Positions 29,215-39,189 are shown, numbered from the stretch's first letter. The stretch: DNA of 64,000 nt from Akkermansia sp. (GCA_051884295.1 JBJEVK010000048.1:3820-67819); one strand, 5' to 3'. Numbers and translations: made by a program. The notes: generated from the letters alone by a model not told the origin.

Positions 29215-30621
29215 ATGTCCACCATCGAACAAGCCCTGGCGGCCACGCAGGAGAAGGCCCTGCACATCAACCTCGACAACACGTTCTACGGCTCCTTTGC
29301 CGAAATCGGTGCCGGGCAGGAAACCGCCAATTGGTTCTTTCGCGCGGGTGCTGCAGCGGGCACCGTGGCCAAGACCATCTCGGCCTACGACATGACCGTG
29401 AGCGACACGCTCTACGGCTCGGCCAAGCGCTACGTCTCCGAGGAGCGCCTGAAGCAGATGCTCGATTACGAATACAGCCACCTCATCGAGCGTTTGGGTG
29501 CCAAGCGCGGGGAGAGTACCTGCTTCTTCACCTTCTGCAACACCGTCAAGTGCAAGGGCTACCGCGACAACGGCCCCTGGTTCGCGTGGCTGGGCGTGCG
29601 CTTTCAGCTGCGCCCCGGTGCCGAGCCCAGTGATTTGGTGATGCACGTGCGCCTGCTGGTGCCCGACCACGACCTGCAGATGCGCGTGCTGGGCATCCTC
29701 GGCGTCAACCTGCTCTATGCGCTCTTCTACAAGCGCGAGCGCATGGAGGAGTTTGTGGAGAGCGTGGGCGAGAACATCGACCGCCACTTCTTTGAAATCG
29801 ACTTCATGCGCTTCTCGGGCAACGGCTTCGGCATGTTCGACAACCGCATCCTCGCCCTGCAGCTCGTGCGCAGCGGGCTTTCCGAGGCGACCCTCTTCTG
29901 CCCCGACGGCACCGTGGCGCAGCCGGCTGACTTGCTCTACAAGCGCCCCATCGTGCTCATGCGCGGCAGCTTCATGCCGCTGTGCAACATCCATTCGGAG
30001 ATGATGGAGGCCGTGCGCGCCAAGTTCCTGCCCACCCTCAGCCCCGAGCAGCGCGAGCGCGCGGTGGACATCTGCGAAATCTCGCTCACCAACCTCCTGC
30101 GCGGCTCGGAGGTGGATCTGCTCGACTTCATCGACCGCGCCGATGCTCTGGCGGCCCTCGGCAAAATCGTCATGGTCACCAACATCACCCACTTCCACCG
30201 CATCTCGCAGCTGCTCAACCAGTTCACAAAGGCGCCCATCGCCATCGCGCTCTCCATCGGCCTGCTCAACGAGCTCTTCAAGGATAAGTGGGCCGACGAC
30301 CTGCCCGGCGGCATTCTGGCCAGCATGGGGCACATCTTCCTCAACGAGACGCGCTTCTACGTCACGCCCTGGATTAACCGCAAGACGGGCGAATTCGTCA
30401 CCGCCGGCACTTACCGAGCCCCGGAGAAATACCACTACCTCTACCGCCACCTGCGCGAGATCGGCGACATCATCGAGGTGCCCTATTTCAACCAAAAGCT
30501 GCTCCTCTGCACCCCGCGCGACATCATTCGCATGATTCAGGAGGGCGATGAGCAGTGGCGCGACTATGTGCCGGAGGCCGCTTGCCGCATGGCCGACCAC
30601 CTGAAAGGAGGCAACGCGTGA
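29215..30621 (+). CDS. Conserved protein with CinA/PncC-like N-terminal and nucleotidyltransferase-like C-terminal regions
   Basis: FAEIGAGQE...SAYD...YVSEERL N-terminal region; [11 protein letters not shown] resembles the G(S/T)FxPxHxGH motif. Confidence 0.55.
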   Translation: MSTIEQALAATQEKALHINLDNTFYGSFAEIGAGQETANWFFRAGAAAGTVAKTISAYDMTVSDTLYGSAKRYVSEERLKQMLDYEYSHLIERLGAKRGESTCFFTFCNTVKCKGYRDNGPWFAWLGVRFQLRPGAEPSDLVMHVRLLVPDHDLQMRVLGILGVNLLYALFYKRERMEEFVESVGENIDRHFFEIDFMRFSGNGFGMFDNRILALQLVRSGLSEATLFCPDGTVAQPADLLYKRPIVLMRGSFMPLCNIHSEMMEAVRAKFLPTLSPEQRERAVDICEISLTNLLRGSEVDLLDFIDRADALAALGKIVMVTNITHFHRISQLLNQFTKAPIAIALSIGLLNELFKDKWADDLPGGILASMGHIFLNETRFYVTPWINRKTGEFVTAGTYRAPEKYHYLYRHLREIGDIIEVPYFNQKLLLCTPRDIIRMIQEGDEQWRDYVPEAACRMADHLKGGNA

Positions 30622-31829
30622 CGGACGAGCGGGCTCAGTTCCCCCTGTTGAGCTGCACCGTCGGCAAGGCTCCCCTCGTCTACCTGGACAACGCCGCCAC
30701 GACGCAGAAACCCCTCTGCGTGCTGGAGGCGCTGGAGCGCTACTACCGCAGCGTTAACGCCAACATCCACCGCGGCGCGCACTACCTGAGCCGTCTGGCA
30801 ACGGAGCAGCACGAGGCGGCGCGCCTGACGGTGGCCGAGTTCCTGCACGCCGCCTCGCCCCGCGAGATCATCTTCACCTCCGGCACCACGGCGGGCATCA
30901 ATCTGGCGGCGCAGGTGCTCACCGCATGCTTCAAGCCCGGGGACGAGATCCTGACAACGACCGACGCGCACCACTCCAACATCGTGCCTTGGCAGATGCT
31001 TTGCGAGCGCACGGGCGCCGTGCTGCGCCCCATTCCCTTGACGCCCGAGCTGCGGGTCGACACGGCAGCCTATGAGCAGATGCTCAACCCGCGCACGCGA
31101 CTGGTGGCCATCCCCTGCGTTTCCAACGCGCTGGGCGCGGCGCACCCGGTGCAGCAGATGGTGGCCGCCGCCAAGCGCAACCGCCGCGACACCCTGGTGT
31201 TGCTGGACGGGGCACAGAGCACCGCCCACCAGGCGGTGGATGTGCAGGCGCTCGGCTGCGATTTCTACGTGTTCTCGGGGCACAAGATTTATGCGCCTAC
31301 GGGAACGGGCGTCTTGTGGGGGCGCGAGGAGTTGCTGGAGCAGCTGCCGCCTTGGCAGGGCGGCGGCGAGATGATTGCCGAAGTCAGCTTTGCCGGAACC
31401 ACCTACAACAAACTGCCCTTCAAATACGAAGCCGGCACCCCCAACATCGGCGGCAATATCGTGCTGGCGGAGGCCTTGCGCTATGTGCAGCGCGTGGGGC
31501 TTGAGCGCATTGCCGCTCGCGAGCAGGCGCTCACCCGGCGCCTCTACGACGGCTTGGCGGCCATGGACGGCGTGCAGATTCTCGGCGCGCGCGAGGGCAG
31601 GGGGGCGCTGATTTCCATCGTGGTGCCGGGCGTGCACCACTACGACTTGGGCACCCTGCTGGACCACATGGGCATTGCCGTGCGCACGGGGCACCACTGC
31701 TGCCAGCCGTTGATGGCGAGCCTGGGCATCACGGGCACCACGCGCTACTCCCTGGCGCTCTACAACAACGAGGACGACGTGGAGCGCGCCCTGAGCGCCA
31801 CGCGCCGCGCGCTGGACATGCTGCGCTGA
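30618..31829 (+). CDS. sufS: SufS family cysteine desulfurase
   Basis: YLDNAATTQKP, FSGHKIYAP, VRTGHHCCQP; GTG start after AAGGAGG, overlapping the upstream stop. Confidence 0.92.
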   Translation: MTDERAQFPLLSCTVGKAPLVYLDNAATTQKPLCVLEALERYYRSVNANIHRGAHYLSRLATEQHEAARLTVAEFLHAASPREIIFTSGTTAGINLAAQVLTACFKPGDEILTTTDAHHSNIVPWQMLCERTGAVLRPIPLTPELRVDTAAYEQMLNPRTRLVAIPCVSNALGAAHPVQQMVAAAKRNRRDTLVLLDGAQSTAHQAVDVQALGCDFYVFSGHKIYAPTGTGVLWGREELLEQLPPWQGGGEMIAEVSFAGTTYNKLPFKYEAGTPNIGGNIVLAEALRYVQRVGLERIAAREQALTRRLYDGLAAMDGVQILGAREGRGALISIVVPGVHHYDLGTLLDHMGIAVRTGHHCCQPLMASLGITGTTRYSLALYNNEDDVERALSATRRALDMLR

Positions 31830-31849
31830 TTCTTTTTCCCTCTCCTGTC

Positions 31850-32146
31850 ATGGCAGACGACGAAACACCCTTCCTCATCGGCCAGGCCGTGCTGGCCGCC
31901 GCCATCATCAGGCTCAACTCCATGTGCCCCGACGAAGGCATTATCCTGACGCGCGCGGGGCGCGTGCGCACCGGCAACAGCAGCGATGCGGACTTCCTCT
32001 GCATGCTGCTGCCGGCGCCGCAGCTCGCTCGCCAGCTGACGGCCGACGGCCTGTCCTCCTACACCGGCAAGGAGCTCAAAAAATGGGCCGAGTCCTACGA
32101 CCGCGCCCCGCTGCAGGCCCTTGCCGATGCCGCCCGCAGCGCCTGA
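31850..32146 (+). CDS. Hypothetical protein (98 aa)
   Basis: Fills the gap between same-strand genes with host-like GC3 codon use. Confidence 0.6.
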   Translation: MADDETPFLIGQAVLAAAIIRLNSMCPDEGIILTRAGRVRTGNSSDADFLCMLLPAPQLARQLTADGLSSYTGKELKKWAESYDRAPLQALADAARSA

Positions 32147-32214
32147 CGGAAAAAGCCCGCGCAGGACACAAAATGAGCGTGACAAATGGGTGCGATGTGC
32201 TTTAATGACGCCAT

Positions 32215-33159
32215 ATGCACTATACCCCGTACACTTTGTACCCTGTCGGCGCTCTGAGCGCCCGCGCTGCCGCCCAACCCCGCGAGGGCGTTTTGCTGCG
32301 TGGTGACAATGGCGGGTATGCCTGTTTGCAGGCATGGCCGGAGCTGGGCGATGCTCCGCTGGAGTACGAGCTGGATGCCCTGCGCGAGGGGACGCCCCTG
32401 CGCTTGGGTGAGCGCGCGCTCAAGTGCATGGAGCTCGACGGCGAGGCTCGCGCCAAGGGGGTCAGCCTGTTCGAGGGGCTGCGCGTGCCCCGCAGCCATG
32501 CTACCCTCACCGTCAGTGCCACGCCCTCGCAGGTGTACTGCCTGCACCAAAAAGGCTTCCGCGTGGGCAAAATCAAGGTGATTCCCAAGATTGCCTCCAC
32601 GGTGGAGCGCTTGGTCAATTTGGCCGCCATGGTGCCGGACTGGAAGTGGCGCGTGGATTTTAACTGCACCCTCTCGCCCGAGGCGGCGCTGAAGTTCTGG
32701 GATACGCTTTCGGATGCCATGAAGGAGCGCATTGATTTCATCGAAGACCCCTGCGCCTACGATGTGAACGTGTGGCAGAAGTTGCAGGACGCCGGCATGC
32801 CGCTGGGCTATGACATGCCCGTGGCCGAGGGCAGCAGCATCCCCACGCGCACCAGCAAGCCCATGATGCGCATCGTGAAACCCGCGCATCACCACAGCAA
32901 CACGGGCAAGCCCATCTTCACCAGCTACATGGATCATCCGCTGGGTCAGTGCTGGGCGGCTTACAACGCCGCTTTGTACTACACCGACAAGCCCGAGAGC
33001 GAGGTGCCCCTCTGCGGGCTGGTGACGCAGCATATCTTCAAGCCCAACGCCTTTTCCGAGGAGCTGGGGATGGATGTGACGCCGGAGTTCCGCATTCCCT
33101 CCGGCACGGGTCTCGGCTTTGACAAGCTGCTGGCGGCGCTGCCGTGGAAGAAGCTTTGA
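32215..33159 (+). CDS. menC: o-Succinylbenzoate synthase-like enolase-superfamily protein, stand-alone
   Basis: KIKV, RVDFN, FIEDP, VKP; WPELGD, TSYMDHPLG and GTGLGFDKLL resemble the Bdellovibrio-type OSBS (recalled similarity). Confidence 0.75.
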   Translation: MHYTPYTLYPVGALSARAAAQPREGVLLRGDNGGYACLQAWPELGDAPLEYELDALREGTPLRLGERALKCMELDGEARAKGVSLFEGLRVPRSHATLTVSATPSQVYCLHQKGFRVGKIKVIPKIASTVERLVNLAAMVPDWKWRVDFNCTLSPEAALKFWDTLSDAMKERIDFIEDPCAYDVNVWQKLQDAGMPLGYDMPVAEGSSIPTRTSKPMMRIVKPAHHHSNTGKPIFTSYMDHPLGQCWAAYNAALYYTDKPESEVPLCGLVTQHIFKPNAFSEELGMDVTPEFRIPSGTGLGFDKLLAALPWKKL

Positions 33160-33210
33160 GAGCGCCGCTCATGGTTGCCGCCATGCCGGAGTTTCTCCGG
33201 GCGCTTTGAG

Positions 33211-34287
33211 ATGACCGAGCCGCTCATCAGTGTTATTGTACCGGTGTACAAGGTGGAGCCCTATCTTCGGGCTGCGCTGGACTCGTTGTTGCAGCAAACG
33301 CTGACGGACTGGGAGGCCGTCTGTGTGGACGATGGTTCGCCGGATGCTTCGGGATCTATTCTTGATGAATACGCGCGAGCCGATTCCCGCTTCCGCGTGA
33401 TTCATCAGGCAAACGGCGGGGTCTCGCGTGCGCGCAACGTGGCGTTGGATGCAGCTCGGGGGCGCTATGTGACGATGATGGATCCCGACGATGCCCTGCC
33501 GCCCCGAGCTTTGGAGGCATTGTATCGGCCTTGTCGGCACGATGCGTTTATCGACCTTATTTATGGTCGTGTGCTGTGGATGAGGGATGATGAGGTTATG
33601 TGGCATGCTCCTGCCTTGAACGGGGGGAGCGAAGCGGATCTAGGCCTGTTTACGGATCGGACATTTCTCGTGCGCGTGGCTCCCGGAGGGCCACGCGGGA
33701 TTTTGATGCGGCGTTCCTTGTTGGAGAACCCTCCTCTCCGTTTTCATGAGAAATATCGTTATGGAGAGGATCATGAGTTTAATCTCAGGCTCATCATCAG
33801 ATCCCGGCGATTCTGTGCAATCGATGATCTTGTTGCTTATTATTACATTCGAGGGTCATCGGTCATGCGGAGTTTTGAGTCAGGTGTTGTGTCGTCAGCA
33901 ACTTATATTGATTTCCCCTGTTGCAAAGTCGCTCTGTGTGCTCAACTTCCCCTGTCGTGGAGCCGGGAAGAGCGGATTGGCTGCGCACGGGGACTGGTCT
34001 TTTTCTTTTGGCGCGACTGGGCTCGCAGCTTGAGCGGTGCGGGTAGAGCCGGTGTTTTCAAGATGCTGAGGGTTGCATGTGTTTCGCTGAGCCGTGGTTT
34101 GCAAGAGGCTAGACCTTTGATCGGCTTTTGCTCGTTTTTCGACGTTGCCCGGAACGAGGCAGACAAGGCGTTTTCCGCGGCGCCGCGCTTGTTCAGAACC
34201 CCTGCGCGCTATGTGTTGTACCAAGCTCTGCGTGCGTGTTACCGTCAACTGCGTCGGATGGTGTTTCCGCCGCAAGGATCTTGCTGA
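33211..34287 (+). CDS. Glycosyltransferase family 2 protein
   Basis: ISVIVPVYKVEPYL, VDDGSPD, NGGVSRARN, MDPDD, GEDHEF. Confidence 0.92.
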   Translation: MTEPLISVIVPVYKVEPYLRAALDSLLQQTLTDWEAVCVDDGSPDASGSILDEYARADSRFRVIHQANGGVSRARNVALDAARGRYVTMMDPDDALPPRALEALYRPCRHDAFIDLIYGRVLWMRDDEVMWHAPALNGGSEADLGLFTDRTFLVRVAPGGPRGILMRRSLLENPPLRFHEKYRYGEDHEFNLRLIIRSRRFCAIDDLVAYYYIRGSSVMRSFESGVVSSATYIDFPCCKVALCAQLPLSWSREERIGCARGLVFFFWRDWARSLSGAGRAGVFKMLRVACVSLSRGLQEARPLIGFCSFFDVARNEADKAFSAAPRLFRTPARYVLYQALRACYRQLRRMVFPPQGSC

Positions 34288-34344
34288 GTAAGCGGGTGCT
34301 CACCCGCTCGCCGTGCTGCACGGCAGCTCTTTGGTGTGTTCATG

Positions 34345-34377
34345 AAAAACCGGACGCTCCCGTGGAGGAGCATCCGG
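34345..34377 (-). terminator. Rho-independent terminator of the TPR gene
   Basis: Minus strand CCGGATGCTCC-loop-GGAGCGTCCGG-TTTTT. Confidence 0.7.
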
Positions 34378-34403
34378 CGGTAGGGGGGAAGCTGTGCAAG
34401 CCC

Positions 34404-35774
34404 TTAGCTGTAGGCGGATTCGACGCGGGTGGCGACATCCTTGTAGCCGTAGTCCACCTCGTAGATGACCTTGAAGTTTTCGAGAGCTTTTTCCTTGTTG
34501 CCCGCTTCGTCGCAGAGCAGGCCGATCATGTAGTGGAGCTCCTTCTTGGTCTCGTCCATGACCTGCAGCTCGTTGTTGGCCTCCTCGAGCTGGCGGATGG
34601 CCATGTCGAGCATCTTCTTGGCGTGGTAGCACTTGCCGAGCATGAGCATGGCCTTGATGCGCAGGTTGGGGTTGGTGCGGGCGCGCTGCAGGGCGGGGAT
34701 GGCCTCGGAGAAGTGCTCGGCATCGAAGAGCGCCTGACCGTACTTGAACTGCAGCTGGGCATCGGTGGGGTTGGCCTCCACGCGAGCCTTGGCATCAGCC
34801 ACCACCGCCTCGGCAATCTCCTTCTTGCGGTTGGCGAGGGCGGTCTTGGCCTCCTCGTTGTTCGGGTCGGCGGCCAACACCTGCTCGTAGTAAGCCAGCT
34901 CGGCCTCCATGGCCTTCTCGTGCATCTCCATGGCCTTGTCGTTGATGGAGACATCGGCGCTGCCGCCCAGCTGGAAGGCGTAGGCGTAGAAGGAGTAGGC
35001 ATTGGCGTAGTCCTCCATCTGCTCGTAGCAGGAGGCGATGTCGCGCACGACTTGCAGGTTGGTGTTGTCGGCGGCGTACTGCTCGGAGAGCTGGGCGAGG
35101 CGTGCCTCGAGCTCCGCACCCGTCAGACCCACCTTGTCCGCGCTTTCCAGCGCGGCGGTGGCGCCGGCGTTCTTCATCTTGGTGCGGAAGTCGCCCTTGC
35201 CCTCCCAGTTGCCCTGCTTCATGGACGCGCGGGCGGAGCAGTCCTTCTCGCCGCGCATGGCGATGGGGTCGGTGCGGTCGATGGCCAGCACGCGGCGGTA
35301 GGCATCAGCAGCCTGGGAAAACTGCTCATGCTTGATGTAGTGGTTGGCCAGCATGTGCAGGTGCTTCTTCGGGTTGGGTTGTCCCTGGCAAATGGTCTCC
35401 AGCGCAAAGGCGGCCATGTCGTGCAGGCCCAAGTCGTTAGCGGCGGCAAAGAGCGTTTCGTTGGCGCTGACGGAGTAGGGATCCTTCTCCAGCTCATCCT
35501 CCACGGCGGCCAGCGTCTCCTCGGGATTCTTGCGCGAGGTGGTCAGGCGCATGCCGCCGAAGAGCGAGGTGCGCTTGCCGGCATCGGGTGCCGATTTGAC
35601 TTCGCAGGCTCGCAGCACCTTGCGCCCCTCCAGAAAGCCCGGGGCGCGTTTGATGACCGTGCGCAGAATACTGACGGCGTACTTGTAGTTGCGGGTTTGG
35701 ACAGCCTGCTGAGCCTTGACCCACAGACCGCGGAGGTCGGCGGGAAGCTCGCGTTCGGTGATGATGGTAATCAT
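34404..35774 (-). CDS. Tetratricopeptide repeat protein
   Basis: Helical A/Y/L TPR-like repeats such as QLQFKYGQALFDAEHFSEAIPALQRA; strong GC3 bias. Confidence 0.8.
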   Translation of the reverse strand: MITIITERELPADLRGLWVKAQQAVQTRNYKYAVSILRTVIKRAPGFLEGRKVLRACEVKSAPDAGKRTSLFGGMRLTTSRKNPEETLAAVEDELEKDPYSVSANETLFAAANDLGLHDMAAFALETICQGQPNPKKHLHMLANHYIKHEQFSQAADAYRRVLAIDRTDPIAMRGEKDCSARASMKQGNWEGKGDFRTKMKNAGATAALESADKVGLTGAELEARLAQLSEQYAADNTNLQVVRDIASCYEQMEDYANAYSFYAYAFQLGGSADVSINDKAMEMHEKAMEAELAYYEQVLAADPNNEEAKTALANRKKEIAEAVVADAKARVEANPTDAQLQFKYGQALFDAEHFSEAIPALQRARTNPNLRIKAMLMLGKCYHAKKMLDMAIRQLEEANNELQVMDETKKELHYMIGLLCDEAGNKEKALENFKVIYEVDYGYKDVATRVESAYS

Positions 35775-35907
35775 AGCAAGTGAGGAAAAGAAAAACCGGA
35801 CAGAAAAGTGTGCCGACACGGTGTGGCGGCGCTTTCTGTTTTCTAGCACATTCCCCCGGCGATTTCAACCTTGTTTTTTGAAAAAAATATGGCAGAATTC
35901 GCCTGCA

Positions 35908-36612
35908 ATGCGTGCAGATGCCCTCCTGAGCCGCTATGGCTACTGTTCGCGCCGAGAATGCGCCGCCTGGCTGGCGCAGGGGCGTGTCTTGTTCCGCGGC
36001 GAGCCCGTGCGGCGCGCCAATGCCCCGGTGGAGCCGGCGGAGGTCTTGGTGGACGGTGAGCCCGTCCCCTTCGTCAACGGTCTGTATGTGGCCTTCAACA
36101 AGCCGCTTGGCTGCACTTGCAGCCACCGCGAGGCGGGGAAGCTCGTGTACGATTACCTGCCGCCGCAGTGGCTGGCGCGCAAGCCGGGGGTGAACACAGT
36201 CGGGCGGCTGGACAAGGAGACGAGCGGTCTGCTGCTGCTGACGGATGACGGCGCGTTCGAGCACGCTATGTGCAGCCCGCGCCGCCATGTACCCAAGGAA
36301 TATGCTTTCCGCACGGCGGCTCCGGTGCCCCCTGCGGCGGCGGCGCTGTTCGCGGCGGGGACGCTGATGCTCGAGGGCGAGCGCACGCCCTGCCTGCCGG
36401 CGGAGCTGCGCCTGACGGGAGCCTGCGAGGGCGTGCTGACCCTGCACGAGGGGCGCTACCACCAGGTGCGCCGCATGCTCGCGGCGGTGGGCGCTCCCGT
36501 GGCGGCGCTGGAGAGACGCGCCATCGGTCCGCTGCACTTGGAGAATCTGGGCTTGGCTCCGGGGGCATGGTGTGCCATCGATCCGGCGCTGTTTATCGCG
36601 AGCAAGGGCTGA
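35908..36612 (+). CDS. RsuA family pseudouridine synthase
   Basis: S4-like N-terminus, FNKPLG, VGRLDKETSGLLLLTDDG, EGRYHQVRRM. Confidence 0.92.
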   Translation: MRADALLSRYGYCSRRECAAWLAQGRVLFRGEPVRRANAPVEPAEVLVDGEPVPFVNGLYVAFNKPLGCTCSHREAGKLVYDYLPPQWLARKPGVNTVGRLDKETSGLLLLTDDGAFEHAMCSPRRHVPKEYAFRTAAPVPPAAAALFAAGTLMLEGERTPCLPAELRLTGACEGVLTLHEGRYHQVRRMLAAVGAPVAALERRAIGPLHLENLGLAPGAWCAIDPALFIASKG

Positions 36613-36615
36613 AGC

Positions 36616-37368
36616 ATGGGTGGGGACGAGCCGATTGCCGTGGAGGCGGATTTCCGCATTCTCTACGAGGATGAGGAGGTTCTGGCGGTGGATAAGGCAG
36701 CCCCGCTGCTGATGCACCCCACCGGGCCGAAGCCCGAGCCGACGCTGTGGCACGGACTGCGTGAGCTGTTGGCCTACGAATTGGCCACGGGCGGGCAGCT
36801 CTCGCTCATCAATCGCTTGGATCGCGAGACGAGCGGCATCGTGCTGGTGGCCAAGACGGCGGCGGCGGCGCGCGAGCTGGGTCGGGCGATGATGGAGCAC
36901 CGCCTGCACAAGGAGTATCTCGCTCTGGTGCGCGGCTGCCCGCCGTGGGAGAGTGCCCTTTGCGCCGAGCCCATCGGGCGCATGGAGGGGGTGGCGCCCA
37001 CCCGCGTGCATGTGCGGCAGTGCTGCCGCCCCGACGGCAAAGCCTGCCGCACGCGTTTTGAATGCCTGCGCCGCCTGCCGCAGCGCGGTTGGGCGCTGCT
37101 GCGCTGCCTGCCGGAGACGGGGCGCATGCACCAAATCCGCGTGCATGCGGCGCATCTGGGCTTCCCCCTCGTGGGCGACAAGATTTACGGCGGGCGTGAG
37201 CAGGATTACCTCGATTTCATCGCGGGCGGGTGGACGCCGGAGCTGGCGGAGCGCCTGCTGCTGCCCCGCCACGCGCTGCACGCCGCGCGGCTCTGCTTCC
37301 CGCGGGGCGGACGCATGCTCTGCGTGGAATCGCCCCTGCCGCCCGACATGGCGCGGCTTTTGCGTTGA
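36616..37368 (+). CDS. RluA family pseudouridine synthase
   Basis: VDKAAPL, NRLDRETSG, TGRMHQIRVH, VGDKIY. Confidence 0.92.
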   Translation: MGGDEPIAVEADFRILYEDEEVLAVDKAAPLLMHPTGPKPEPTLWHGLRELLAYELATGGQLSLINRLDRETSGIVLVAKTAAAARELGRAMMEHRLHKEYLALVRGCPPWESALCAEPIGRMEGVAPTRVHVRQCCRPDGKACRTRFECLRRLPQRGWALLRCLPETGRMHQIRVHAAHLGFPLVGDKIYGGREQDYLDFIAGGWTPELAERLLLPRHALHAARLCFPRGGRMLCVESPLPPDMARLLR

Positions 37369-37393
37369 TTTCCGCCGGGCAGGGGGGTAGAAT
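37365..37393 (+). promoter_or_regulatory. Sigma70-like promoter for pyrE
   Basis: TTGATT-17-TAGAAT. Confidence 0.55.
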
Positions 37394-37403
37394 AACCGGC
37401 GTT

Positions 37404-37970
37404 ATGAGTAGCGCCAAGAAAGAATTGCTGGAGATTCTCCTCGCCAAGTCCATCAAGACCGGTCACTTCATCCTTGCTTCGGGCAAGGAGAGCGATTTGT
37501 ACTGCGATTGCCGCGTCACCACGCTCGATGCCAAGGGCGCCAACCTCATTGGCGAGCTGGGCTGGAAGCTCGTGCAGGAGGAAATCCTGCCCCGCTTCCC
37601 CGAGGCCTGCGCCATCGGCGGCATGACCATGGGCGCGGATCCCATCGCGCTGGCCATCGGCATGTACAGCGCGAGCGCCGCGCAGCCGCTCAAGGTGTTC
37701 ACCGTGCGCAAGGAGGCCAAGGACCACGGGCGCGGCAAGCGCATCGAGGGCAATTTCGAGGCCGGGCAGCACATCATCGTGGTCGATGATGTGATCACCA
37801 CGGGCGGCTCCACCCTCAAGGCGATTGACGCCATCGAGGCGGAGGGCGGCAAGGTGGTGGCGGCGCTGGTGCTGGTCGACCGCGAGGAGGGAGGCCGCGA
37901 GGCCATCGAGGGTCGCGGCGTGCCCGTGTTCCCGCTCTTCACGCGCGGCAGCATTTTCGGGGACAAGTAA
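37404..37970 (+). CDS. pyrE: Orotate phosphoribosyltransferase
   Basis: FILASGKES, RKEAKDHG, VVDDVITTGGS. Confidence 0.95.
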   Translation: MSSAKKELLEILLAKSIKTGHFILASGKESDLYCDCRVTTLDAKGANLIGELGWKLVQEEILPRFPEACAIGGMTMGADPIALAIGMYSASAAQPLKVFTVRKEAKDHGRGKRIEGNFEAGQHIIVVDDVITTGGSTLKAIDAIEAEGGKVVAALVLVDREEGGREAIEGRGVPVFPLFTRGSIFGDK

Positions 37971-37973
37971 GCC

Positions 37974-39038
37974 ATGTTGCCGCTGATTGCCGGGATTGAG
38001 GGGCTCGCGCTCACCGAGCGCGAGCGCGCCCTCTTCGCGCGCCTGCAGCCCGCCGGGTACATCCTCTTCTCGCGCAATGTGGCGGATGAGGAGCAGGTTC
38101 GCGAGTTGACGGATGCGCTGCGCCGCCTGACCGAGGGACCGGATGCACCCGTGATTGCCGTCGATCAGGAGGGCGGGCGCGTGGTGCGCACCGCTGCGCT
38201 GGGGCTGCATCTGCCCTCGGCGGCCGCGCTGGCGGCGGCGGGAGATGTGCACCTGATCCGCCAGGCGGCGCTCTACAACGCGGCGGGGCTGCACTCGCTG
38301 GGCATCAACACGGTGCTGGCCCCCGTGCTCGACATCGCGAGCCCGCACGCCAACGCGCTCCCCGGTCGCTGCTGGGGCAGCGATGCGCCGTCTGTGCTGG
38401 AGCGGGCAGGGGAGTGGAACCGCACCGTCAGCCGCCGCTGCATCGCCACCTGCGGCAAGCATTTCCCCGGCATGGGCGCCGCGCAGTGCGACCCGCACCT
38501 CGATTTGCCCGTGCTGCACGGCGATGCCGACTCTTTTTTGGCAGAGGCTGCGCTGCCTTTCCTCGCGCTGATGCCCGAGCTGCCCTCGCTCATGGTGGCG
38601 CACCTGCTCATCCCCGAGATGGATGCCGAGCTGCCCTCCTCGCTCTCCCCGGCGATGATTCGCGATTTCCTGCGCCTGCGCCTGGGCTACGAGGGGGTGG
38701 TGTTCACGGATGACCTCTGCATGGGCGCCATTGCGGGGCGCTACACGCCCGAACAGTCGGTGCCGCTGGCGCTGCGCGCGGGCTGCGATCTGCCCCTCCT
38801 GTGCCACCATGCCTGCGACCATTTGGAGGCGGTGGCGGCAGCGGTGGAGGACGGCGTTCCGCCGGAGCTGCTGGCGGAATCGTCCGAGCGCGTGGCGCGC
38901 TTCCGCCTGCACCTGCATTCCGAGCGCCCCATGCCCTTCATGGCATGGCGGGAGTACCTGCAGCACTGCGCCGAGTTCTGCGCGCGGGTGCCCGAGCCGA
39001 CGGCTGTCCTGCCGGAATCGGCGGTGCAGCGCTATTGA
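37974..39038 (+). CDS. nagZ: GH3 beta-N-acetylhexosaminidase (NagZ-like)
   Basis: AVDQEGGRV, KHFPGMG, DPH, TDDLCMGA. Confidence 0.85.
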   Translation: MLPLIAGIEGLALTERERALFARLQPAGYILFSRNVADEEQVRELTDALRRLTEGPDAPVIAVDQEGGRVVRTAALGLHLPSAAALAAAGDVHLIRQAALYNAAGLHSLGINTVLAPVLDIASPHANALPGRCWGSDAPSVLERAGEWNRTVSRRCIATCGKHFPGMGAAQCDPHLDLPVLHGDADSFLAEAALPFLALMPELPSLMVAHLLIPEMDAELPSSLSPAMIRDFLRLRLGYEGVVFTDDLCMGAIAGRYTPEQSVPLALRAGCDLPLLCHHACDHLEAVAAAVEDGVPPELLAESSERVARFRLHLHSERPMPFMAWREYLQHCAEFCARVPEPTAVLPESAVQRY

Positions 39039-39111
39039 ACAGCCCTGCTGCCCCGGCGCGGGCAGCTTGGGTCTGACCTCTTGTTGCTTGGGGGAGAAAA
39101 AGAGGCGGGTT

Positions 39112-39159
39112 GCGCTACATATTGTGGCATTGTTCAAAAATGGCAACAAAATATAGTGG
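39112..39159. promoter_or_regulatory. Tandem NrdR boxes
   Basis: Cores CTACATATTG (39115-39124) and CAAAATATAG (39147-39156), each 9/10 to CWATATATWG, 32 bp apart, upstream of nrdD. Confidence 0.8.
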
Positions 39160-39189
39160 AAAGAAAATTTCACTTTCCGTTTTTTTTCC

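Noticed and set aside
26436-29282. 1807-aa minus-strand ORF appearing to extend LeuS N-terminally
   Set aside because: The extension is the stop-free antisense shadow of the GC3-biased PBP gene. LeuS has its own promoter (26446-26474) and a normal start at 26435.
34287-34325. Short adjacent palindromes after the GT2 stop (AGCGGGT/ACCCGCT and GCCGTGC/GCACGGC)
   Set aside because: They are only 7 bp in GC-rich DNA and not repeated elsewhere. Likely local terminator-type structure or chance.
38455-38480. KHFPGMG instead of KHFPGHG in NagZ as a sign of inactivation
   Set aside because: The catalytic DxH and nucleophile Asp motifs are present, so a single variant residue is not enough evidence.
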